A DNA stretch of 64,000 nucleotides from Vicugna vicugna (lineage: Eukaryota). The notes beneath the pieces were generated by a model. It was not told the origin of the DNA. It did not search any database and saw only the letters and a list, made by a program, of their open reading frames with translations. Location: NCBI GenBank assembly GCA_013265495.1, contig MU058065.1, positions 7,812,302 to 7,876,301 of the forward strand. The letters are read 5' to 3'. Position numbers and translations under genes: made by a program. Below are positions 25,211 through 38,298 of this stretch, in pieces; position 1 is the first letter of the stretch, and every line of letters starts with the position of its first letter.

Positions 25211-25879
25211 GTTGTTTCTTGACTAAAAGCTCCATAAAGCTGGGACTAAGCCCTATTTCACCTTAGAGTCCCCAGAGTTACTAGCACAGGGTGTGACCTC
25301 AGTTACTGTAGGCACTCATAGGTGTGGGCAACGCACATCTGCTGCGGTCCCACACCAGGTGCTTGTGGTCTTCAGGATGTGGACAGTTATCTCCAGGAAC
25401 TACCTAGCACATTCTTGCTTCACAGGGCTCCCTTCCCCAGCACCGTACTCACGACAGGGTCATGGGCTTTGAGGCTGCAAGCCACTAGATCTACTCGACT
25501 CTTTCCTAAGGGTGAAATCTTCTCGCCTTGACTCTCTTCCTGATGTTTTTCATTTCCCATTTACGTTTTATTGGGTGCAATGCTTTGCCCAGTTTCCATG
25601 TGAGATTTGCCTTGGCACCTTAGGGAGAACAGCAGGAAGACCCCTCCCTTCATGTCTGAACCACAGCAGATGAAATGCACGTGCTAGGAGAGATTCGACC
25701 CAGCTGGAACCTCACCCCCTCCCCGCGGGAATGCCACACGAGCTGGGTCTTCCCTTCCAGGACTTCACATCCTCCCACCACAGAAGGTCCTTTCTTACGG
25801 TCAGGCCCTCACAGCTACAACCTCATCTGTTTCTGGAGAGTTGGTTTTTGCTCCTGAAAGCCAGTGGCTGACTCATGCA

Positions 25880-26030
25880 TAGACTCAGTATAGTAAAGGA
25901 AAGAATCTGTGAACTTGAAGATAGGACAGTGGAAATTAAACAAACTGAAACACAAAGGCAAATGGAGTGGAAAACACAGCAAAATGAAACAAAAACAGAA
26001 GAGAGCATCCAAGAGCAATTGGACAATAGA
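25880..26030 (+). mobile_element. L1M ORF1 fragment
   Basis: ggaaagaatctgtgaacttgaagatagg.cagtggaaatta..caaactgaa..agagcatccaagagc..tggacaata (coiled-coil region ERICELEDR). Confidence 0.7.
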
Positions 26031-26247
26031 AGCCAATGACTGGAAATGAGCAGGTCCTAAGGTATTTTAGCTCAACCCATCCCTGTCTATCCCCTAGTTA
26101 ATTCCACAGAATTAACTTCAAATCTACCCAGAAACTCAACCTTTTTCTAAGACATCCTTCTCGGCTAGTGCATTATAATATTCTAACACAGAGCTGGTCT
26201 TAGCAGTAATGAAAATGATGTTCTCATGGTTTAAAGGCTATTAAAAT

Positions 26248-26425
26248 AGGCTTGCCAGATAAAATACAGAATACTTAGTTCAATCTGAATATCATATTTT
26301 TGAGTATAAGTTGTGTCTTGTGCAATATTTGGGACATACTTATACTAAAAAATAACCCGTTATTTATCTGAAATCCAAATTAAACCAGGCACCCATATTT
26401 TGACTTGCCAAATCTGATAATTCTA
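26248..26425. mobile_element. MER53 palindromic hAT-type MITE
   Basis: aggcttgccagataaaatacag..ttttgagtataagt..caatatttgggacatacttatactaaaa..tatttatctgaaat.caaatt..atctgataattcta, with internal inverted symmetry. Confidence 0.8.
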
Positions 26426-28849
26426 CATTCAAAGCCACCGTGGAACCCACTCAAAAATGTCTCCTTTTTGATCATCCACATTGCCTGTATCTAATAAAGC
26501 CTTGTCGTGGATTGGTATATCAGGTCTACCAGGTATTAACCTAAAGCAGTGGCGCTTGATGAAGCACAGGACACAAGGCAGAGAAGCAGGGGGAAGCAAA
26601 CCTGCTACAGAGGAGAGAACTCCAGATGAGGAATCAGAATAGCCTGTTCTGGACCCAGCTCTGCTTCTTACAAGCTGGGCTCATCATTGAACCTCTGTGT
26701 CTTAGATTCTTAGGGTATCAAAAGTGGAAGAGAATCCCCACCCAGCCCCCTCCTACATTCTCAGATGACCTCAGCACGGCTCTTTGTGGGCCCTTATCTG
26801 AAAACCATATAGGAATATATGCCCATCAGTCAGTGGATGTATTGCTACTTACAGGAACAGACGGGAGGGAGCTGTCACGTGCGGAACGCTGGATTGGGGA
26901 AGAAAGGGCCTCCATTGGCCTCTGCATAGTTCCTGCCCCTCATTGGCCTTAGCAATACCTGCTGCCATCAGACTTGCCCATTTTCCACCCTCTCAAGCTG
27001 CATTTCAAATCTTTATCGGTCAATAGCATTTATTTTTGGACTTTGCCGGCGCGGACACACCAGGCGCCGTCAGGTCCCGTCATGTAAGTGCGGCAGAGCT
27101 GGCCTAGTCTGTCTTCAGAGAGGTAACTGCCAAGGGGAGCACAGGAGCCGACAGTGATTCGAGACCCTGTCCTCTGAGTCAGCCCCGATGCCAGCCGGGT
27201 GAGGTAAGCCTCCGTCAGGGGCACCATTCACCTGCTGGCTCCTGGCCCCTCTCTGGCGGCAATCAGCTCCCAGAAGACTGGTTAGGGTGTGAGAAACAAG
27301 ACGGGTCTGTTTCATGTGGCTCCTGGCTAGAAAGTAGTGGCCTGGATTCCATACGTCAATAAGAAGGCAGACAGCGGGCTGGCTCTGGCCTGGAATGCAT
27401 GTTCCCAAGCTGGCTGTCCGGTGCTGCTCTAGCCATCTCTCTGGACTCAAGGACCCTGGACCCTGGGTCCTGCATCTGGATGCAATGCTCAGCCGCCCCT
27501 TCTTAGATGCCCGTGAGCCTGAATGGCCCACCTCCCCTCGGCTGTCACTCTCCCACCAACACAAGTGGCAGTTTCCAGGTTGAGGAGAAATAAGGCTTAG
27601 CTTTGCTCTGAATCAGAGAAATAAAACTTGCATGAGCAGGACCAAGCTGCCCCAGGTTTCAGGTCTCTTCAGTCCATAATATGAAGGAATGTGTTGTAGT
27701 CATAGTTACAGAGATCTGAAAGATAGACCACAGGAAGAACCTTACCCACTGCCCCCCTGGTGTGGGGACATGGACCAGAGATGCTGGGACATGTCACTGA
27801 AGGAATTTATAGAGAGCCCCTGTACTTGTGACCCAGGAGAAAAGGAAATGTGATGTCCCAGAAGGCAGGTTCCTGAGAAGAGAACATTTGTGATTCTCTG
27901 TGCCATGAAAATAAGCCAGTGCTTGTCTGAATGTCCACTTGGAACACACAGCATCCACACGAACGTCACTGAACACAGCAAATCTTCTTACTGCCCACTC
28001 TGGTGATTGTAAAACAGCAGGTTTCAAATTCCTCTGACCGGTCAACAGGTGAGCCACGCCCAGACCTGGTGTCCATCAGCCCTTCGGTGGCTGCCATACT
28101 GACTCAGAACACGGCAGGTCTGAGACCCTGGGCCGGTGCTGGCCAGTGGCATGCTCTCACGCACCTAGCCCATCCGGATCACCACTCAGAAGTCCAGTTG
28201 AGGGAGGAGAAGATGAGAGGGGTCCTGGGGGAAGGTGCAGAAAGATGCCTGTTGGGGAGAGGCGTCCCTGGCTCCCATCAGAGCACCAGCACCCAGGTCT
28301 GGCCTGGAGCCTGCCCCTCCTGGCTCCCGCCGTCATGGCTTCTCTCCGTCCCTCCAGACCAGATCTGGTTTCACTAGACTTGGAACTCTCCAAGCCCTTT
28401 CCCACTGTGAACTGATTTATTTGGATGTGTCTGTCAGAGCGTGACTGAAGGATGTCTGGACGGCCCGGAGCACAGCTGCAGCAGATGTGCCTGAGAATGC
28501 CTCCAAGTGAGGCCCCTTCCCCTCCTTCCTCCAAGCTCGCCCATCCTGGGAAAGACTGGGGGAGGTTGAGGACATCTGCATAGCCCATGAGAACCAGGAA
28601 AGAGAACAGAGTATCCCAGGAGCTAGGCGAGTATGGCAGAGGCTGGCAAGGGCCAGGAAATGGGGTCTAGACCTTATTTTGCCACCGGTGAGGTCTTGAT
28701 TATGGGCAGGCCTGTGGGCCTCTCCATACCCATTCTCTAAGTTCATGTAGTTTTCTGACCCCAGGGGACCAAGCAAATCCCTCTTCCCCTTGGTTACACA
28801 GCACCTGGCTCTCCTCTAATAAAGCACTTGAGCAGAAAGCAGTCCCGAT

Positions 28850-29070
28850 GCGGAGTGCTGGTAAATGTTTAACAACCAACTGTCTAGAAAAATAAAATGC
28901 ATAAAATAAATTTTTCTGGTACAAAGCACACAATTTACAAGTAATAGTAAAATAGACAATACTCCTTATTCTAAATTCTATCCAGCCAATTGATTCTCAA
29001 AGAATGCTTTGGTAGATCGTTGCCAAACTCTTGTTAACTGTGGCAAGCCTAGGCTGCAGTTCAACCATGA
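28850..29070. mobile_element. MER63-like hAT-Blackjack fragment
   Basis: gtgctggtaaatgtttaacaacc and cagccaattgattctca.agaatgctt are MER63-type motifs. Confidence 0.6.
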
Positions 29071-32000
29071 CTTAGCAAAAGGCTGTGCTTGACTACCAGC
29101 TTGGGAAATCCTGAAAATTTAACAAGTGGCTATCAGGACCCAGTAGGAGCTGACCCCATGCTGGACAGAGAGCCCCTTAGTGCAGGGTCTGTGATTGGCT
29201 GTATCATCTGTACCCCTCCCAGACTGGCCCGCAGTCAACATAGTTCAGCCTTCCGGCTGCTCCCTGAATTGAACCTGCTCTCCTTAATTTACCCAGAGAG
29301 GAAAGCCAAGTGAGCAGGGTCTGATAAAGTCAAACAGGTGTCCTGAGGGAGTGTGGCCAAGGAGGGATGGTGGCAGGTGGTGGGTAGACTCTATGGGAAG
29401 ACTCCATAGATGGGGTGAGTCAGAGACCAGGGAGAAGCGATCGGCATAGAATGGGGAGAGCAGAGGATGGGGGGGATGTTCCTGGTGGGAGGCACAGCAT
29501 AGCTAAGGGCATGGTACAGACAGCTGCCTTCCTGGCACCCAGATCACTCATGATGCTCCCATTCGACAAGTATCAATTGTCCACTGTGTGCTAAGCTCTG
29601 TTCTCTACTGAGCAAAGTCCCTGCTCTCATGCAGATTGAATTCCACCTTAGTGAAAGACCCAATACACAGCAGAGAAGACCCCCAGTGGTAGAGGATGCT
29701 TTGAGTAAACAGACTTGACTCCAGTATAAAGAAGGACCTGACACAGAACCTCATCCCCCTAGGGCTGCTAAATGGGTGTTTCTCAAAGAAACATAGATAT
29801 AGTTATGCAAAGAAGGACAGGTTTCTTTCAGGTAGAACTTCTCGGGACCCCAGCTGAGCTCTTGGGAGCTTTGAGTCACCAGCAGGGGGTTACAGGCTGC
29901 AGGGTTTGCAGACTTGCTTTATGGATGGAAGGGGAAAAATAGCCAGTCTTCAGGTCCATGGGTCTGACATTCCATGATGTGGCTGTGGGAGAACGACTTC
30001 AAAGTCTAGGTTATGGAGACCCAAGAAGGAAACATCAGAGGAGGAGAAAGTCTGAACCAGAGAAGCAGCTGCTCTTCTTGGCTTAGCATCTGCTTCTCTG
30101 TACTTCCAGACCCACTCCCCTCAACCCTGGCTCCTAGGAGAAACAGATTCCCCAGCCACTGGTGGCGCATGCCCTGGGTGGACACTCCCACCTCTGTCTT
30201 TCTAGCAGCAGCACGGAACCCTGGGCTGTGGAGCAGCAGGCCTGGGCTGGCAAATAACCAGACCTCTCCACCACTCTTTCCTGGCCAGACTCCTAAGGGA
30301 ACAGCTGGAGCCACCTGAGAGCTCACATTGAGCCTCAGGACCCCAGTTTGCCTCATAACTTGTGGAATTAATTAGGCTTCCCCAGGGATTCCTAAACTGG
30401 GTTCCATGGAACCCCTGGGATCCTCCAGGATGGCTTAGAAGTCACTGAGAGAGGGGACGGTGATGGAGAATCTGAGGGGATGGGGCCTCAGGCCTCTCGC
30501 TGCCTCAACCATGGAAGACCCCTGTCCTCTGTTAAGACTCTGCTCCAGAAAACTCAGCCAATACCCAGAAAGAAAAATTCACTTCCCACACCCCCCGGGC
30601 AGCGGGGTTTGCCTCTGGTCCCTGCAGATATCCAGACAGCCACTTCCTGAACTTTGCCATGCACTTGACAGTTGACCAGATATTCCTGCTCACACACTGG
30701 GGTCTACCTACCTTCCAGCCCTGGAGCAGAGAAGCAGACAGAGGGGAATAGTCAGACCCAGAGTGAAGAAACTGCCGTCGGCAGCAGAGTGAGGACCCCC
30801 TGGACAGGCACTCCGGCAGCCTCTACACAGCCGGAGAGCCCCTGCCCTCCCTCGCTCCTGGCCACAGCCCCACCTCACCCCAAAAGCTCCTGCCCAGAAT
30901 TTCATGGAAACCCTTCTTTGCTTTTTTTTTTCTTTTTTTCCGGCCCTCCTTCTTGGTTTCGCTCACAGCCGAGTTTGCCCATTTCTGAGCCAGCCCTGAA
31001 TGACAACCATTTTCCCCAGGGTTAAAAAATCCCTTTAGTTAAGCTGTCATGCCACACAGGCTGAGCCTGGGAGGAACATCTGGGAGGCACATCTGGTCCA
31101 TCTGCCGACCTCCCTGGCAGATGGGGCTTTATGGGCATTAGCCCTGGTTCCTGCCACAATACCAGGAATGGGGCTCGGGGTCCCTGCTCCAGCCAAGGAC
31201 TACTCATGCCTGGGGAAAGTCAGCAAATGAATCTGAGCCTGATTCCACTTCTTAGCAATGTGGGGAGATGCTGTCCTATCAATTTACTTAACTAGGCATT
31301 ATAATAACAAGCAAAGACATGGCTTCAAATGTGGTCTAAATCCCCAATAAAGGCAGAGAATGAGCAGTCATTCAAAGTGTCAGTTTCCTTGCAATACTGT
31401 TAAGAGATACAAAGACACATTGTTTTGTTTTGTGGCTGGCCGAGACAGTTTCAGTCTAATTTCGCTCTCTCCCCCAGCAGCCAGCCATAAGACAGCTTGC
31501 CCTTGAAAAAGAGGCTTTGGGCTTTGGCCACTGTGACTTTCACAGAAGCCCTAGATAGTCACCCTTTATCTTCCTTGGGAATAAAGTTGCTGGTTGCTGA
31601 CTGGGAAGGAGGGAGGGTCCAACCACCAGGGACTGGTGTTTTCTGGAAGAGAGATGGTGGTGGCCAGGGGGGCCCATGGGGTGGAAGGAGGGAGTCAGCC
31701 AAGTGAGCTGCTCCATTTCTGGCGGTGGCACCACAGGCAGACATCCCTGGAGCCAGCCAGTCGAGTCAGACTGATTAGGCCAATTCACTCTTTATCTGGG
31801 ACCTGCAGATAAGGCTGTGGGCCTGGAGGGGTGACTATGGGATGTGCCCAGGGGGAAGGAGACCTAAGGAACATTGTAGCTGATGGAAAGGGCAAAGAAG
31901 AACAGAGAGATTTCTCTCAATAGCTTCATTTCGGCTCTGCTGTGGGTCTCAAGTGCTTTCCAGTCAGGGTAGGGTTGCCGGACCTCACTCCATGCTCCAC

Positions 32001-35000
32001 CTGAGTGCCCTGGCCAGTGATTCTCCATCCCTTGGACATATCAGTCCCTTAGAGCCCCAAACTCCCAGACCTTCTGATTCAGTAGGCCAAGGAGGGATGG
32101 AGAATTTGCATGTTGACCAAGATTCTAGGCCATGTTGATGATGCTGCAGAGGATCACACTCGAGAATTGCTGCTATGGACTCATCCTCTCCCCAGCCCCA
32201 AGCTTCAGGCATTCCCCAGATCCATCTCCTTCACTGCTCCTAGGAAGCAAAGATCACAGCACATCCTACACCCAAGAAAGCCTCTAACAGGGAGAGGGGT
32301 GGCCATCTCTCTCCTCACAGTAGAAGGTGACCTAGGCACAACGGTGTTATTAATGAGCTGTGGGACCTCCCTGGACCTCACCTTCCCCACCTGTGGAGTG
32401 AGGAGATTGGAGCTTTTAAGCAAGTCCCTTCTTGCACTAGAGCTCCCCAAGTCCCTGAAAGGAAGGAATGCCCAGTCTCATCTGCACGCTTTCTGGGGCA
32501 GCTCTGTCCTCTCCATTAACCTGAAATTGTAACAGGTGAGAATGTCATCTTTAACAACCAGTTCCCACGCCACTAATGCACACACATCTGAACCCCTGAG
32601 TATCTGTCTGAAGAATTCACTTGTCAGTATTTCCCCCGCTTTCCACCTCTCTGTGTCCTTGTCTTTGCCATTGTCTCTGGATTTAAGATCTGAGCAGAAT
32701 ATTGGTTCTGATGATGATGTTTGATCCATTTTTTTAAACCCCAGTTCATCACCTTTCTTCCACTTGAGGCTTCTCCCTCATTTTGTGCCCAATCAGACTG
32801 GAACCTTGTCCACATTCATCTGTAGTCTAGGGCTGACTGATGCTGCCCCGGCCACTATTAGCCACCTAGGCTTTGCCAGAAGCCACCTGCTGCCCAGGTC
32901 CCAACTTCAATCTGAGTCACAGAAGGGAAACCTGGAAACCCAATTCCTGCCCTCTGATTTGCTAGCAAGATCTCTGGCTCTCACACCAAGACCTTGCACA
33001 ACTCCATAAATTTCCCTCAGGAGCAATGGCCTTGCAGCCAGACATCCCACAGCCCATCCGTATCCATGCTCTCAAGTCACAGCCACAGGGCAGAGGACTT
33101 CCTGCGCCTCTTCATAGACCCATATTCTCCTCTCTCTAATGCTGCTCCCACTGTATCTCCTCCAGAAAACCTGGAAGGGAGCTCAAAGAATGTGGGCTGT
33201 AATTCCAAGCTTCGGCTCCTACAGAGGCAAGATGGACAGGGTGACCATGGACCCCCCTCCCTGGGCTCAGTTCTGTGGGTCCCCACACAGAGGTCGCTTG
33301 GTACTAATCCCTTCTGCTCTGCAGGTGTCCTTTGGGACACATGCACTTTGTCTTGTTGGACTGTCATCAAGTCCTGAAGCTGGCCCAAGGCACACTTTCC
33401 CAGTGCTTCAGGTGAGACAAGCTGAAATCCCCATAGGAATAGAGACCTGCCCAGCACTGCACAGCTAATTCTTGGTCAAGTTCAGAACAGAGTCCGGGCC
33501 CCCAGACTTGAACATGCAGCTTCCCTCACAGCAAGTTGGCCCTTGGGGTGATTACCTGACTCCCATCCAACTGTACATTCCCACGTGAGTGGTGCTAGGA
33601 TGGGAGAGGACCCCCTCCAGTGCTCCATGGGGGATAATGAGTGAGCTCTCCAAGAACTCTGGCTGGGGAATAAAAAACACCCTGTATTCTTCAACTCACA
33701 TGGGGCCCAAGGCAATACTCCCTGCATGCTGCCCCATCCCAGGCTCTTGGGTCTGTCCCCACGTCCTACTCACAAGACCCAAACATCTTCCAACGGATAC
33801 CATGCCACCCCTTCTTTCTGGCCAGAGGAGGCAGCTCAGTGTGACTTCCTGTTGGGGATGGGGTCCAAACTCCAGATAAAAATTAGGTTCTTCAAAGTCA
33901 AAAGCAGAACCTGGAGAAGATACATTCATAAAAGTGTTTCTCCCAGGGTATTTCAAAGGACACCAGCAATTCCTCTTAAAGGCAAGAGTTCTCTGGACAA
34001 ATGCACTATAGGCTGGTAAAGTCTGATTTAGGAGAGACTGGGTGCCAGCACAGAGTAAAGGCTCTGTGAAGTGCTGTAAGAAAGAATATGTTCTCCAGAC
34101 TTACTGGCTTCTGGCACCCTTGTCAACACTCTCAGGGTGATATTAGCTCAGTGGAAGAAGAGACCAGCACAGCTCTGTCTAGCTGGGCCCAGAACTCATT
34201 TTTAAGGCAGTTTAACAGGTAAGAGCCTGAGAGATCATCTAGTCCAGGGATTGACAAGCCAAGGTCAATTCTACCCAGGGTCTCTGTGTAGCCTTTGAAC
34301 TAGGATTTTCTTTTTTTCCTTCACAGCTCTAAGATTTGGGGAGAGGGAGTGTGGCAAAGAAGGAAAGGAAAGAAATTCATCACAGAAACTGTCCATCCCC
34401 ATCTCTTGTATAATAAGATGTGGTCAAAAGTATTCTCCACAGAGAGGAGCAAGGATCTAGACAATGAAGATGCAGAAAAAGGAAACTGCAGCCCTCAGCT
34501 GGGTTAGACACCAAAGACATCTCTGAGGATGGTGAAAACATGTCCCCTTATTGTCTATTCCGAAGCCCACAAACCTCCAGAAAAGGGTCAGTCTGGGGAC
34601 AAAGGAAGGGAAGTGGGGGAAGGGCAGACCAGGCTTGGGGAGCCGGACACTGAGGAAAAGCAGCCCATCATCATCATCACAGGGGACATGGGCACGAGGC
34701 CTGGAGCTGCGGGCAGGCTGGCCCACCAGCAGTGGGTAGGGAGGGCTCCCCAAGGCTCTGTGATCCCTGGAGAGTCCCTGGGCCAGCCTGGCCTGGTCAG
34801 TTGTTCTCTGTAACCAGACCCAGCCGTGAATGACACCGCAGAGGAACAGAGGAATGTAAATGGTATTCAAAAGGATTCAAGAGATTTGGTTACAAAGTTG
34901 CACCAGCCATTTCCTGGAATCCAATGGGAGTGAGTTCTGAGAATTAGGAGGAGAAGGGAGCTAAGGTGGGGAGGTGTGGGGGTGGTGGGGAAGGCTAACA

Positions 35001-36154
35001 GCTGGCTTGCAAGTAGGTGAGTGGGAAGAAGAGATTAGTCTGCCTGCAGGGCAAGAAGAGCTGGTGGGTAGGTCGTCCAAAGGCGGGAAGGGGCCCAGAA
35101 CTTCTCTCTCCTCAGCCTGGAGGGATTCCAGGTCCCCAGAGTCAGCCCAGGCCTCATGTGTTTGTGCCTCTGTGGTAGCTGCGTGCATCGGATGCGAAAG
35201 CACCAAGTTATCAGACAAGGCAGCTTCACTCACTAAACCACAGGCTTCTTGAGGGGATGACCCATGCCTTTTGACAGTGTGGTTCAAGGCCACTGTGACC
35301 ACACTTCCCACACCAACATAGTTGCATTTGAGACCATCCTGGAAAATCTGTTATATATGGAGATTATATAGACTGTCCCCGGCTGGGTCTGGAAGAGATA
35401 CGTAGTAGTTCCGACAAGGTGTGTCCAATTGCTTAGTTGTTTGGCTCAGGAAATCACGATGACATGAATTGGAAATCCGAAGTAGCCTATTCTGAAACTC
35501 ACACATCAGAATTCCTCCTGCCACCCAACATCCTATCATAAAATGCCAATTTACCTAAACCAAGTCAAATGTCTTTTCCAGGAGGTGCCTTCAGACCGTG
35601 CGCCATCCCAGGATGATCTCAAGCTAGTCCAGGAAAAAGGGATCCTTTTCCTGAAAAGCAAATCTTTGTTTAAACGCCAGTTTGTTCTTCGGATCTGCTG
35701 TGTGGTGTACACAGTGGCTGAGCCACATGTACGTGACTTTTGAGGATGACATTGAGATATGATGCCAACACGCAGAAGCAAAGCCCCCGGCAAGTTCCTT
35801 GGCTTTGTGTCTGAGATCTCCCTAAAGTAGGGCCTGTTCTCCTGGACTAGCCTTGTCCATTCTTGTCACCAGTTTTCCAGCCTGGAAAGTCCTGTCCACC
35901 TCCATGTGTCTATCTCTCTAAGAAACCTTCTGATTCTCCTTGTCTTGACTGATATTTCCCTTCCCTGAGCTCCCAGAACACCCATTGCCTGAATCGCCCA
36001 TCTGACCCTTGAGCCTCTGTGTGTTGTAAGCTGGCTTTTTCTGTGTCCACCCAGTAAAAACCACTGGGACCCAGTGCAGATCTTCTCGGATCCCTTTTAC
36101 TCGTTCTGTGGATGCTCCTCTAGCTTGGGCGTGCTTTTTCATTGCCAGGCTCCA

Positions 36155-36226
36155 TACAGGTGACTGTCCTGTGGAGGGCTACCTTAGGCCTACAGGTGAC
36201 TGTCCTGTGGAGGGCTACCTCAGGCC
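36155..36226. repeat. 36-bp tandem duplication (2 copies, 1 mismatch)
   Basis: tacaggtgactgtcctgtggagggctacctTaggcc / tacaggtgactgtcctgtggagggctacctCaggcc. Confidence 0.95.
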
Positions 36227-36319
36227 ACTGGAGCCACTGTGCCTGCACACAAGCAGGGAGCCTGGCTACACCTGGGAGTTCATGACCTCGTGGGGTGACC
36301 TCTGGCTCCCTTGTTCTAG

Positions 36320-36830
36320 GGCAGGGATCTAGCCTCAGGAGACAGGAACCGTATCAGTTATTTTAAAATAGAGAATGGAATATAAAGAATTATTAACACA
36401 GTACTAAGAAGAGAAAAAGCCAAAGGGAATACCTATCGAGAAAAGGTAGCAATTATAAGCCACATTTAACACTCTTAGTCTGGGAGAAGAAAAGGGAGCA
36501 TTTGAATTATTAAAACTTAAAAACTCAAAGTGGAAATGCAGCCCTGCAAAAGGGGCTGCAGATCTGTTGGATGGGGGACCCCCATGGAGCTGGGACACAG
36601 ACCCTGAGAAGGGGTGCCAGCCAACTGGTGATGGCACTTCTGAGGAGGAACAATGGGTCTGCTTCTCCAAGGGTTGGAAAAAATTTCAACTGTAACACCA
36701 GCCACTACTGGAAAGACCTGCCAGGGTGAAAAAGCATTGCTAAGTGATGCCAAAGGGAGCAGGAACCACACAGAGGAACAAAAAGCAAACAGGAAGGAGC
36801 AGTGGCTGAGCCCAATAGGGACTGCCTTGC
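36320..36830. mobile_element. LTR78/LTR79-like ancient LTR
   Basis: caggagacaggaacc..cagttattttaa..agagaat..aatataaagaatt.ttaac..gtagcaa..tgaattattaaaactta..ggagctgggacacagacc. Confidence 0.55.
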
Positions 36831-38084
36831 AGAGAGGCATTAAATTCATTCACCTACATAAATGTTAGAATCACATTACCTGCAATGTATATGAGTTCCA
36901 GGGGCAACCTGACATGAGCAGAAGACAGAATCAAAACTGGAAAAGAGATCTCTTGTTTAGATTCAGCATGCCCAAGGCACAGTACTGATTCTGCTTCATA
37001 TAGAGGTTAGTTTATTCTGGGGGACAATAAAGAAGATCTCTACTTAAGAAATTTAACCAACCAGGTCCCTGAAGGGGGAAACTGTAGAACATCCCAAATA
37101 GAGAGACCCCCAGTGATTAGCTAGTGCAGCCTCACTTTTCCACCCACCCACTAGCACCCATTAGCAGATGAGGAGACAATCCTAGAAGGACCAAGTGATC
37201 CGAAAGTGTCGGGACAAGCCCTGCAACTGGAGCGATTCCTTCATTCAACAAGCATTTATTGGGCACCTACTGTTTCAGCCCCAAGTCTGGGCCCATGGGA
37301 AATACCAATGAATGAAGCAATCCAGGAATTCAGAGACATGGGATGTAAGCTGTATTGAGGTGGAGATGTTTTTGTCTGCATCTCTTCTCTGCAAGATGCA
37401 CTCTCTATTACTTTGGGGTGTGTGGGGTCTTCACTTTTCACTTATTTTATCTGTAGATCATGAAATAAACACAGAGTGAGATTATTGTTAAAGGGGAGGC
37501 TTGGAGAGGCACCAGAAAAAATATGTGATAGAAACTACAGTTTGCCTCATGGGCACTGACCACCATAGTTCTGGAAACTCTAGGATTATCCCAGTTTCAA
37601 ATATCTTGCAGTCTGTGACTAGTGTATCCTAAGTAGCTGGTGTCCTGATGGTTTGGAAATCCATGTCTATATACACACTCCGTTTGGAACAGTTTTGGTG
37701 CTGGGACCAGGCAGCAAAACGGCTCTCCCTGTTGCTCTGGAGGGACGGCCTCTTAGATGCCGATGGGGCCCAACAAGGGTTGGAAATCAAAAATTTACCT
37801 AATTCTTCCATGAAAATAACAGAACTGTCTTCTCACTAGGTCTTTTGAAAGATCTGGTGGCAATTATAAGAAATGAAGAAGTCAGAGTTTATTGAGGGAT
37901 TGAGAATCCTTAAGTTCTCTTTTCCTTGTTGCCATTTTTTGTCAATGACAGATATGATTGTGCTCTGAGCCCATAAGACGAGAGAGGCAAAGGGGTCAGA
38001 AAGGAAGACAGAGGTGGCAAGGGAAAACACGGATGTGGTTACACTTCATCTTCACCTGAGTTCTAATCAGGACATGGGGTTTGT

Positions 38085-38298
38085 CCTTCCCACCCCAGTC
38101 ACCGTAAGTTTGTTTTCTATGTCTGTGAGTTTATTTCTGTTTTGTAAAGCAGTTCATTTGTGTCTTTTTTTTTTAAGATTCCACATAAATTGTATATGCA
38201 TGGCTGAAACATTATGCTGTACACCAGAAAAACTGACACAACACTGTAACTGATGATACTTCAATTAAAAATTTTTAAAAATTTAAAAATTAAAAAAA
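38085..38298 (+). mobile_element. Short young L1 with 5' inversion (twin-priming structure)
   Basis: 38085-38189 is antisense L1 3'UTR (rc ttatgtggaatc..gacacaaatgaac..gacatagaaaacaaacttacgg). 38190-38298 is the sense L1 terminus gtatatgcatggctgaaacattatgctgtacaccagaaa..atacttcaat plus an A-rich tail. Confidence 0.8.

Noticed and set aside
26866..27430. REST/RE1-like half sites (ggagctgtcacgtgcggaa; ggctgtccggtgctg)
   Set aside because: Spacing and core mismatches deviate from the 21-bp RE1 consensus.
34135..34200. tRNA A-box-like TAGCTCAGTGG
   Set aside because: No B-box (GTTCRANNC) or cloverleaf follows, so it is not supportable as a tRNA or tRNA-derived SINE.
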